A DNA stretch of 64,000 nucleotides. It comes from a virus (lineage: Duplodnaviria; Heunggongvirae; Uroviricota; Caudoviricetes). The notes beneath the pieces are model-generated. The model saw nothing but the letters and a program-made list of their open reading frames with translations, was not told where the DNA came from and made no database searches. Of the stretch, positions 34,040 to 42,436 are shown piece after piece; the first letter of the stretch is position 1; the number at the start of each line of letters is the position of its first letter. The DNA is taken from positions 95,745 through 159,744 of the IMG/VR virus record IMGVR_UViG_3300028591_000080; one strand, given 5' to 3'. The position numbers and the translations under genes were made by a program.

Positions 34040-34319
34040 TATCATTACCTCTTTCTAATTCGGTAACTTGAATTATATCATCTAATAAAATAATACTTTT
34101 TAATCCGATTTTATCAAGCATGTTTTTTAAATTAATTGCTAAAGTATGTTTTTTATTAATTGGCATGCCTTCTTTGTTAATTCTAAAAATATAGACTTTA
34201 TTTTTATTTAATTCACTAACAGTAATATCGCTACCATTTTTTTCTAAGATTGTTTGTAATTCTTTTTCTGTATAAGTTTTAGCCATACTATCATCTCCTA
34301 TTAATATAATATACAACAA
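34032..34319 (-). CDS. Hypothetical protein
   Basis: Probable start MAKTY after GGAG. Confidence 0.55.
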   Translation of the reverse strand: MLYIILIGDDSMAKTYTEKELQTILEKNGSDITVSELNKNKVYIFRINKEGMPINKKHTLAINLKNMLDKIGLKSIILLDDIIQVTELERGNDND

Positions 34320-34364
34320 AAAAACCGCTAATATGCGGTTTAATTTTTGTTATTATTCCTTCTT

Positions 34365-35225
34365 TTAATCATTTAATAAATCAGCTAATGCTGCGGTTTT
34401 TGATCTTTCTGATTGTACTAAATGGACATATCCAAATAATGGATTTCCACTTAATCTCTCAATCATAGTTTCGATACCTTTTGATTTTTCAAAAATTGCT
34501 TTATCTCTTTGTCTAACATCTGCATCAAACCAAACTTCTGATCCTTCAGCTGCTCTTGCAATAATTAATTGAATATGTTCTTTAGTTAGGTTTTCAGCTT
34601 CAGAACACATAATTAAAGTTCTTTCTAAATTACGTCCTCTAAGACTCTGTAATGGTTCAATAACAAGCTTTCCATTACTAAGCATACATTCAACTCCTGC
34701 TTCACCACAGTGGTCAATAAAAGGTCCTAAAAATGGCATAAGTTTATCATTAACTTCACCAGGTAAAGCACCTAAATCTTTAGTATCTTTAACATCAACA
34801 TTATTTCTAATCCATACGATTCTATCAAAAACATTTTGTTCTAATGCTTCTAAAGCAGCAGTAACTAATAACATTGTTTTACCAGTACCTCAAGTACCAG
34901 TTAATAATTTAACAGTTTTATCTCTGTCTTTTAGCATATCAATTGCGCAGATTTGTTCTGAATTTCTCGGTTTTATACATATATTTTTATCCGCGCTCTT
35001 TTTACTTCTAAAATTGATTGATCCCCTTCCAAACTTTCTTAATTTACCGTTTTCATAACACCATTGAGATGCAAGTTTTTCTTTGCCATCTTCTTCATTG
35101 AAAACTAACAAATACTCATTTTCTTTCAACTCATAAGGTGAATAGGCCTTAACTGAAAACTCTGCCCATTCGTCTAATGTTGGAATCCATCTCTTCCAAC
35201 CTGTGTAAATAAGTTCGTTTGTCAT
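34365..35225 (-). CDS. phoH: PhoH family ATPase (286 aa); code 4
   Basis: EQICAIDML..LLTGT-W(TGA 34890)-GTGKT Walker A; G.LPG, RGR, EAENLT, DVRQRD motifs. Confidence 0.92.
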
Positions 35226-35301
35226 AACTATTAAATTCTCCTACATCAAAAAACTGATATATACTTTTATAAACATATATCAGTTAATTTAGCAAAATAT
35301 A

Positions 35302-37182
35302 TTATTCAATTATAACACTTCTGGCTAGATTTCTTGGTTTATCAGGGTTAATTCCTTTTTGAATTGCAATATAATACGCAAGTAATTGTAAATAAATAAT
35401 AGTCAAAGATTGTAAGAATTGTGATCCGTTTATAATTTCTGGAATTAATAAATTAAGGTCAGTTGTTTCTTTTAATATTTTATTTCTCTCAGTTTTAGAG
35501 GAAATTACTATTAGTTTTCCTCCTCTAGCTTTAATTTCAGAGGCTGCAGAAATTTCATGGACATTTGTGTCACCGGTACTAATTAAAATACAATAAGTAT
35601 TTTTATCAATTAAAGATAAACTACCATGTTTTAATTCTCCTGCTGGAATTGCTTCAGCATGAATTCCACAAATTTCTTTTAATTTTAAAGCACCTTCACA
35701 ACATGTTGGAAAATCTACACCACCTAATAAATATATATCATGTTTATCAGATAATGTTGTTGCAAGTTTTTGAACCTCTAGTCTATTTTTAAAGATATCT
35801 TCAATATATGCTGGAATACTTTTAAAAATTTGAATATAATCATCTAGAATTTTATTTGTAAAATTTTTATCTAATTCTCGTTTTTGTAATAATTTTAAAT
35901 GCTTAACTTTAGCACCAATCAAGTATAATAAAATTAATTGACAAGAATATGATTTAGTTGTAGGAAGAGATACTTCAGGAAAGGCTTCTGTATATAAAAC
36001 ATAATCAGCTTCAAAAGCTAATCTTGATGTCTTAACATTTGTTATTGCGAGTGTTTTTATTTCTAATAACTTACAATATTCTAATGCAGTTAACGTATCT
36101 TGAGTTTCTCCAGATTGAGATAAGAAAATAGCAATAGATTTTTCTTTTTTTAATTGATCAGCCTTATAAATAAACTCTGATGCTAAAATTGTTTTAGTAT
36201 TAAAATAATGAAAATATCTATTTGTTAAATATTCACCAACTAAACCTGCATTGTAAGATGAACCACTTCCAATAAAATAAACGTCATCAGTATTAACTAA
36301 AATTTGATTAGGTATTCCTAAAACAATATCTTTATTTATTATATATTTATTAAGAGTATTTTTAATAGCTTTTGGAGTCTCTTCTATTTCTTTAATAAGA
36401 TAATGTTTAAATTTACCACGACCTGTAGCACTCTTTATTGAACAAAAATTAAATGGTTGTCTATCAGAAGTTATATCATTAGCATTTAAATCAAATATCT
36501 TTGTCTCTGTAGCGCTTATATATCCATATTCGTTTGTTCTTAATGGATATGCTAATAAATTATCATCAGTCAATGCTATTGTATCGGAAGATATATAAGA
36601 CTCTTTTGTTTTTTCGTTTAATGCAACAATTAATGAAGATTCTTTTTTAGCAAACCAAATTTTAGTTAAATCATCTTTAAAAACTACACTTAATGCAATT
36701 GATCCATTAATACTTAATAATGTTTTTCTAATAGTAGTATTTATATCTTTATATTTTTTATAAAAATAATCTATAAGATTTAAAATTATCTCATTATTAG
36801 ACTTTGAATAAAAAGCATAATTATATGAAAGCAATCTTTCTTTAATGTCTATTAAATTATTAATATTTCCACTATAAATACCAGTTACTAAATAATCATC
36901 TGAATGATTTGATGCTTCACTAATACTTTCATCATCAGTCCAAGTTACATATCCTAATCCAATATTACCAATTAAATTTTGATCTTTCAAATCTATTTTT
37001 GATTCTAACTCAGCAACAGTTCCTTTATCTTTAATAATATTAATTCTTTTCTTAGACGAATTAAAAAGAGCTACGGCAGTCATGTCGTGGCCTTTATATT
37101 CTAAAGTAACTAAACCGGTTTTTAATTTACTCCAGAGATTTTTAGTCGAGTCTTGTGAGATATAACCAAATATACTACACAT
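35302..37182 (-). CDS. glmS: GlmS-like protein with degenerate catalytic motifs
   Basis: MC start, SQSGET, EGALKLKE, GELKHG and PRNLA.SV give full GlmS architecture; several catalytic motifs altered (see findings). Confidence 0.85.
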   Translation of the reverse strand: MCSIFGYISQDSTKNLWSKLKTGLVTLEYKGHDMTAVALFNSSKKRINIIKDKGTVAELESKIDLKDQNLIGNIGLGYVTWTDDESISEASNHSDDYLVTGIYSGNINNLIDIKERLLSYNYAFYSKSNNEIILNLIDYFYKKYKDINTTIRKTLLSINGSIALSVVFKDDLTKIWFAKKESSLIVALNEKTKESYISSDTIALTDDNLLAYPLRTNEYGYISATETKIFDLNANDITSDRQPFNFCSIKSATGRGKFKHYLIKEIEETPKAIKNTLNKYIINKDIVLGIPNQILVNTDDVYFIGSGSSYNAGLVGEYLTNRYFHYFNTKTILASEFIYKADQLKKEKSIAIFLSQSGETQDTLTALEYCKLLEIKTLAITNVKTSRLAFEADYVLYTEAFPEVSLPTTKSYSCQLILLYLIGAKVKHLKLLQKRELDKNFTNKILDDYIQIFKSIPAYIEDIFKNRLEVQKLATTLSDKHDIYLLGGVDFPTCCEGALKLKEICGIHAEAIPAGELKHGSLSLIDKNTYCILISTGDTNVHEISAASEIKARGGKLIVISSKTERNKILKETTDLNLLIPEIINGSQFLQSLTIIYLQLLAYYIAIQKGINPDKPRNLARSVIIE

Positions 37183-37185
37183 AAG

Positions 37186-37716
37186 TTACTCCTTATCTTT
37201 AAACATTTTTATTAACTTCTCAACTATTTCATTATATCCATCTTCAGTACCTTCAACAACAGTAAATGGAATATTATTTTCATTTAAAAGTTTAATAATT
37301 TGTGTATCAATTAATTTAGCTTCTGATTCTGTTTGATTTCTACCATTTGGATTATATTCTTTTCGTCTTTTAATAAAAAGATTTATATTTTCGTGTTTAT
37401 TAAATTCATACATAATTCCAGGAATTAATGCTGGATTATCACTACAATACATTGCACCTAATAATATTGGAGAATCTGTTACTGCAACATCAACTTTACC
37501 ATCACATCTTGCGATTTTCCAAGCTTGTTTTCCAGTAATATAAAATTGATTTTTAAATACTAAATCATTTTCTTCCCAAACTTTATCTTTAGCGAATTCT
37601 GAAATATATTCAGCATCAATTCCAGCCATTTTTAGTTTAGAAAAAATATAAGTAGCTCCAGTAGATTTACCAGCACCAGGACCTGCAAATAAATTTATAA
37701 TAACAGTTTTCTTCAT
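37186..37716 (-). CDS. NadR-like/AAA_28 P-loop kinase
   Basis: INLFAGPGAGKST, VTDSPIL, GRNQ motifs. Confidence 0.8.
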   Translation of the reverse strand: MKKTVIINLFAGPGAGKSTGATYIFSKLKMAGIDAEYISEFAKDKVWEENDLVFKNQFYITGKQAWKIARCDGKVDVAVTDSPILLGAMYCSDNPALIPGIMYEFNKHENINLFIKRRKEYNPNGRNQTESEAKLIDTQIIKLLNENNIPFTVVEGTEDGYNEIVEKLIKMFKDKE

Positions 37717-37725
37717 ATTTTACTC

Positions 37726-38022
37726 CTAATATCTTTTCATTAAATCTTTATGGTTTTTACAAATATCAACTAATTCTAGTTTATTATTAATATGTCTATA
37801 AATTAACAATAATTCACCTGTGATATGTAATTCTTTAAGTCCAGTTAATCCAGACTTAACAACAGAAGTTTTTTGTAAGTTATGGACTTTATTTCCAGGA
37901 TGTTCTCCTTTAATAAGTTTTTCTATAATTCCATCTAGATCCTTATCAATTTTAGTTCCTTTAATCTTACGAATGTCTTTTAGAGCTCTTTCATATGCTC
38001 TATAAGTAATTATATTTCTCAC
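37726..38022 (-). CDS. YafQ/RelE-family mRNA interferase-like protein
   Basis: H.L..ELHI.GELLLIY..H.DL matches the YafQ ECHI.PDWLLIY..GTHSDL pattern. Confidence 0.7.
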   Translation of the reverse strand: MRNIITYRAYERALKDIRKIKGTKIDKDLDGIIEKLIKGEHPGNKVHNLQKTSVVKSGLTGLKELHITGELLLIYRHINNKLELVDICKNHKDLMKRY

Positions 38023-38093
38023 ATATGCTCACCTCTTATATTAATATATTATACAATAAAAGGCAGCACTAAGCTGCCTATTTTTAAAAGACG

Positions 38094-38348
38094 TTATAAA
38101 TTTCCAGTAATTGCTGCGATTATTCCTACGATCAATGCAATAATAAGTATTACAACAATAAGTGCTCCTGCGATTGCCCATGGAATCCAAAGTGGGAACC
38201 AAACCCAAAACCAAGTTAACCAAACAGGATTAGCAGTAAGTTTAACAATTAAGAAAGCAATAAATACAAAAAATCCTATTGTACCTAATCCAATGCCACC
38301 TTCTTTTACTACTACTGTTTTTGTGTTATCATTTAAGTCGTAATTCAT
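38094..38348 (-). CDS. Small membrane protein (W-x-W-x-W-V-x-x-P-L-W type)
   Basis: GIG..FIAFLIVKL..WLTWFWVWFPLWIP. Confidence 0.75.
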   Translation of the reverse strand: MNYDLNDNTKTVVVKEGGIGLGTIGFFVFIAFLIVKLTANPVWLTWFWVWFPLWIPWAIAGALIVVILIIALIVGIIAAITGNL

Positions 38349-38349
38349 T

Positions 38350-39348
38350 TTAATTCTCCTTTCTATTTAAAAATTCTTTTACAAATTCCATATCTTGCTC
38401 TGAATTCTCGTCACAAGTATGTAATACTTTTAAGCAATTATATAATTCATCTCCTAATAAAGCTTTATCTTTTTCTTCAGCTTTCTTAGAATCTTTCCAA
38501 GCTTCTAAAGGTCTCATATGATAATTAATTAATAAAGCAAGTTTATATTTATCCTCTGCTGATAAATCAAACTTAATACCTAAAGCAAAGTAAGCACCCG
38601 GATTTGCATGTTGATAATAATGAGCTACTTCTGTTGTTTGGCCTTTTCTATTAACATATGTTTTACAGAATTTCTTACCGATATCATGTAATAAAATAGC
38701 CTTTTCTAAATAATCAGGATAATCATTTGGATTATAATGAGTATTAAAATAATATAAGGCTGCACGCATATGCTCATCTACATTCATGTTATGCCATGGA
38801 TTTTCATGAGTTAAATCTTTAGCATAATAATCAACTGCTTCTGCCCAAGCAATATTTGGCTCTGTAGAATAATAAACTACAATTATATCCCAACCTTCAT
38901 TATAAGTAGGTAACTCAAAGTTTTTAAGCATATTATCTATAACATACTCTGGTACAACACGATCTCTAGAAGCATTTCTTCTTTTAACCTCAGCAATATC
39001 TGTATAAACCACAACTGCCTCAGTGTTAAAAGGTCTAGAAACAGCTTTCTTTAGTCTATCTAAAGTATTTATTCTTAACTTTCTATTTATATTAGTTGCA
39101 TCATAAATAACGTCACAGTTATTTTCTAGTGCTCGAACTGCTCTATAAAACATTGTAGCAAATACTCTTTCAGGCTCCATTTGTTCATTTTCGTCACCAA
39201 AAAGCTCCTCCCTAATAGAATCAGAAGAAAGAATTACTTTATTTGGATCATCTTTGAATTTATTTGCTAAAGTTGACTTACCACAGCCAGGAAGTCCAAT
39301 TAACATTGTAAACTTTGGTTTTAAATCTGACATAATATAAGCTGACAC
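38350..39348 (-). CDS. Polynucleotide kinase (AAA_33) fused to an HD phosphohydrolase
   Basis: GLPGCGKST, SSDSIR, DATN, VP..VI..M; LLHDIGK. Confidence 0.85.
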   Translation of the reverse strand: MSAYIMSDLKPKFTMLIGLPGCGKSTLANKFKDDPNKVILSSDSIREELFGDENEQMEPERVFATMFYRAVRALENNCDVIYDATNINRKLRINTLDRLKKAVSRPFNTEAVVVYTDIAEVKRRNASRDRVVPEYVIDNMLKNFELPTYNEGWDIIVVYYSTEPNIAWAEAVDYYAKDLTHENPWHNMNVDEHMRAALYYFNTHYNPNDYPDYLEKAILLHDIGKKFCKTYVNRKGQTTEVAHYYQHANPGAYFALGIKFDLSAEDKYKLALLINYHMRPLEAWKDSKKAEEKDKALLGDELYNCLKVLHTCDENSEQDMEFVKEFLNRKEN

Positions 39349-39399
39349 AGTATCGCCTCATTTCTAATTTATATTTTTAATATTATACAATAATTATAA

Positions 39400-39585
39400 C
39401 TAATGTTGTCTAGTATCATTAGATAACATTTTAATTTTTTCTAAATAAGTATATCTATAATTAGTGTTATATAATTTATTATAAGCCTCAACAAATGAAC
39501 ATTTATGCTTTCTCATATAACGTTCACATTTTCGAGTTATTTCTCTATTACAGTAAGGAATTACATCATCAAAATAATTAACCAT
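39400..39585 (-). CDS. Hypothetical protein
   Basis: 61 aa ORF in operon. Confidence 0.45.
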   Translation of the reverse strand: MVNYFDDVIPYCNREITRKCERYMRKHKCSFVEAYNKLYNTNYRYTYLEKIKMLSNDTRQH

Positions 39586-39586
39586 A

Positions 39587-40177
39587 TTACTCCTTGTTTA
39601 ATAACTTAAAATATTTTATACCAGTAGCTGTAAGATAATAATAACAAAATACATTAGTATTTGTATCATCATAAGAACTATAAGTTTTAGATATTAAGTT
39701 ATCTCTATACAAATCTCTAAGTAAATTTGCAAATTTATTTTTCTTAGTTTCTAACTTTTTTTCTAACTCAGCATCAGTGATACCTGGGTTATCATGAATT
39801 GCTTTTAAGACAGACATAAAATATTTTTCATATTTTTTTGGAAGAGAAAGAACTCTATCTTTATGCTTTGTTACTTCAAGTAATGCATCAATAATATTGT
39901 AAGTATTAATCTTACTTATTAGATTAATAAGAATTTCACGTAAATCGTCTTCAATATTTAATTCATCCAATAAATCCCAATAATGATTATAATCTGACCT
40001 AAGCTTTTTAAAATTCTCTTCAATTGAATTAGTACTTTTATCTTTAAAAAGAAGTGCATTTAATAATTCAGCTGTGGCAACTATATATCTGCCTGAGCTT
40101 TCTAGTTCTTCATTAATTTTTTGGTATAGCTCTTTCATAATTAAATAGCACCTCTTCCACTTAAAATCTTCTTCCAT
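39587..40177 (-). CDS. Protein with C-terminal winged HTH (MarR-like)
   Basis: PGIT..EL..L..L....LI..YYLT..G pattern. Confidence 0.65.
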   Translation of the reverse strand: MEEDFKWKRCYLIMKELYQKINEELESSGRYIVATAELLNALLFKDKSTNSIEENFKKLRSDYNHYWDLLDELNIEDDLREILINLISKINTYNIIDALLEVTKHKDRVLSLPKKYEKYFMSVLKAIHDNPGITDAELEKKLETKKNKFANLLRDLYRDNLISKTYSSYDDTNTNVFCYYYLTATGIKYFKLLNKE

Positions 40178-41235
40178 CCTGAGATACTTATTTTCTTAAG
40201 TTCTTCATCAACATTTTCATATCTAAATAAGAAATATTGCATATAAGAAGGATATCTTTTTACTACTTCTGCATATTCTCTTCTTGAAGAATAATTTGCT
40301 GGAGCTAAATTAACAATTTCTAATTTAACTTGAGTTTTAAATAATTCCATCTCTGCAATTAAATTATTTATCTTTTCAGTATATTCAGCTGCATAGATTA
40401 AGAACTCATCTATTTCATTACTTAAAATTATTTCTAATAATCTTGAAGTAGAAATATTACCATTAGTTCTACCTTTATGGGCTAATACATATTCTGGAGA
40501 TTTAATCTTTACACGATTAAATTTATTATCACATACTACATAGCCTTCCTCATCCCAAGGTAAAGCGTTTGCAGCATTCTTAACATCTTCTAATGTATGT
40601 AAGTTATATCTCTTAGAAGGAGCTATCATTAAAGGTCTTTCTTCTGGTGAATATTCGTGATCAGTAACTAAATATCTACAACCTAAGTAATATAATTTTG
40701 GTTCCTTATATTCTATAACTACTCTATTATAAGGAGATACCATTTCAAACATATAACAATAGTTTGTATCTAATTCTCCAAAGAAGTCATGCTCATTTAT
40801 TCCCATACGATTTAAACAGTATAAAAATAATTTACCATAAGAATCTAATTCAGCATCAGCACAGTCTAATGGTGCTTTAAAAGCATCTATTAAACCATTA
40901 GTTGAAATATTCCAACCTTTGTTATACCAAACTTTCATTAAAGAACCATCAACTTTTTCTTGTACTGAACAATTATCCCAATTTATTTCTGGACAATAAG
41001 ATTCACCATAGTTACCAAACTTATTGAATGGATGACATACACAAGTCCAATCATCCTCTTTGAAGATTATACCTCTAGCTTCTTGTACTAATGGTAAGTT
41101 AAAATCTGATGATAATTGGTTATACTTAAACATTATATAGCCATTATCTCTTGATATTTTTAAGTTGTATGGATCTTGAGTTAATAACTCTTCCCAGTTA
41201 TCATGTGACTTTATAAATTCTAATAAATACAACAT
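40141..41235 (-). CDS. T4 Rnl1-like RNA ligase
   Basis: EARG, PFNKFGN, EKVDGS (motif I), FEM, EGYVV (motif IV), KIKS. Confidence 0.9.
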   Translation of the reverse strand: MLYLLEFIKSHDNWEELLTQDPYNLKISRDNGYIMFKYNQLSSDFNLPLVQEARGIIFKEDDWTCVCHPFNKFGNYGESYCPEINWDNCSVQEKVDGSLMKVWYNKGWNISTNGLIDAFKAPLDCADAELDSYGKLFLYCLNRMGINEHDFFGELDTNYCYMFEMVSPYNRVVIEYKEPKLYYLGCRYLVTDHEYSPEERPLMIAPSKRYNLHTLEDVKNAANALPWDEEGYVVCDNKFNRVKIKSPEYVLAHKGRTNGNISTSRLLEIILSNEIDEFLIYAAEYTEKINNLIAEMELFKTQVKLEIVNLAPANYSSRREYAEVVKRYPSYMQYFLFRYENVDEELKKISISGWKKILSGRGAI

Positions 41236-41292
41236 TTTATCACCTCTATATTTATATTATACACTAAAGTAAAAGAAAAAGAAACTCTTTTT

Positions 41293-41523
41293 TTAGAGTT
41301 CCTTAAATTTTTCTTCTCATCAGTAATAACAATCTTGTCTTTTAAATATAAAATGTCTGTGCGTTGATAACGATAAGATTTCTACTGTAAATTCATTTAA
41401 TTCTGGTTTAAAATCTTTTTCTACATGCTTTATTGCGAAATGATTTTGAGAATATTTATAAATAAAAATATCACCAACATCTAAATCAGTAAATAAGTTA
41501 TCACCAAGTTGTAAAGTGTACAT
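41293..41523 (-). CDS. Hypothetical protein (76 aa); code 4
   Basis: Strong SD; TGA-TGA at 41317-41322 read as WW gives ..YYWWEEKFKEL-TAA. Confidence 0.55.
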
Positions 41524-41550
41524 GATTATACTCCTCTACTTAATTTAGAT

Positions 41551-41637
41551 AAAAAAGAAAGGCGACATGTATGCCATGCCACCACCAAATCCCCAGTGGA
41601 GATCTGTTTTGGATCCCTAGTAGAGTATCCCGCCGAT
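41551..41637 (-). ncRNA. Candidate ~87 nt three-hairpin small RNA or attenuator leader
   Basis: GC-rich island after an extended -10 (41644-41651); two hairpins plus a 9 bp terminator hairpin and U-tract. Confidence 0.5.
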
Positions 41638-41666
41638 CATTATATTATACAATGATTTTTTAAAAT

Positions 41667-41900
41667 TTACATGCTCTCATGAATTGTTCTTGAGATAACA
41701 TCATCCTGTTGTTCTTTAGTTAATTTAATAAAGTTAACAGCGTAACCAGAAACACGAATAGTTAATTGAGGATATTTCTCAGGATGGGCCTGAGCATCTA
41801 GTAACATCTCACGATTAAATACGTTAACATTTAGATGATAACCACCATCATCTACATATGTATCTAGCATTTGAACTAAATTATCTACTCTCTCGCTCAT
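41667..41900 (-). CDS. grcA: Autonomous glycyl radical cofactor
   Basis: [35 protein letters not shown]. Confidence 0.92.
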   Translation of the reverse strand: MSERVDNLVQMLDTYVDDGGYHLNVNVFNREMLLDAQAHPEKYPQLTIRVSGYAVNFIKLTKEQQDDVISRTIHESM

Positions 41901-41909
41901 ATTATTCTC

Positions 41910-42407
41910 CTATTTAGTATATAAAACTGGCTTAAATTTTTTGTTTTTTATAGTAGCTTTAAAATCAATCACTCTTTGATTAGAAGAGCCTTTATAACGT
42001 AATTTTGGATCAAATAGATCAATATCAAACTTACCGTCTATAAGTACATCAATAGAACTATCTTTAATTTTATTAATTACGTCTTCTAATAAATATCCTG
42101 TCCAAACCCAAACAGTTTTATTTGGATAAACTTCTTTAAATTTTTCAATTAATCTTAATGTTCCGTTTATATTTTTATCATGCAATGGTTCTCCACCTAA
42201 AATACTTAATCCAACAATATAATCTGGTTTGGCTAATTCAATTATTTTTGAGATTGTTTCATCAGTAAATTCTTTTCCAGAATTAAAATCCCAAATAGTA
42301 TAATTATGACAACCTTTACAATATAAATCACAACCGCTAAAGTAGATTGCTACTCTACATCCTGGACCATCTGAGATATCCATTTTTCTAATTTGAGAAT
42401 AATTCAT
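41910..42407 (-). CDS. nrdG: Anaerobic RNR activase
   Basis: DGPGCR..SGC...CKGC.N, GLSILGGEP, GSSNQRVID. Confidence 0.95.
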   Translation of the reverse strand: MNYSQIRKMDISDGPGCRVAIYFSGCDLYCKGCHNYTIWDFNSGKEFTDETISKIIELAKPDYIVGLSILGGEPLHDKNINGTLRLIEKFKEVYPNKTVWVWTGYLLEDVINKIKDSSIDVLIDGKFDIDLFDPKLRYKGSSNQRVIDFKATIKNKKFKPVLYTK

Positions 42408-42436
42408 ATTTAACCTCCAAGAAAGATATAGGAAGC

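Noticed and set aside
37183-37200. glmS ribozyme upstream of the GlmS-like gene
   Set aside because: Only 3 nt separate it from the upstream gene, leaving no room for a leader.
38041-38223. Track ORF of 60 aa on the minus strand
   Set aside because: Overlaps the better-supported membrane-protein gene 38094-38348 in another frame.
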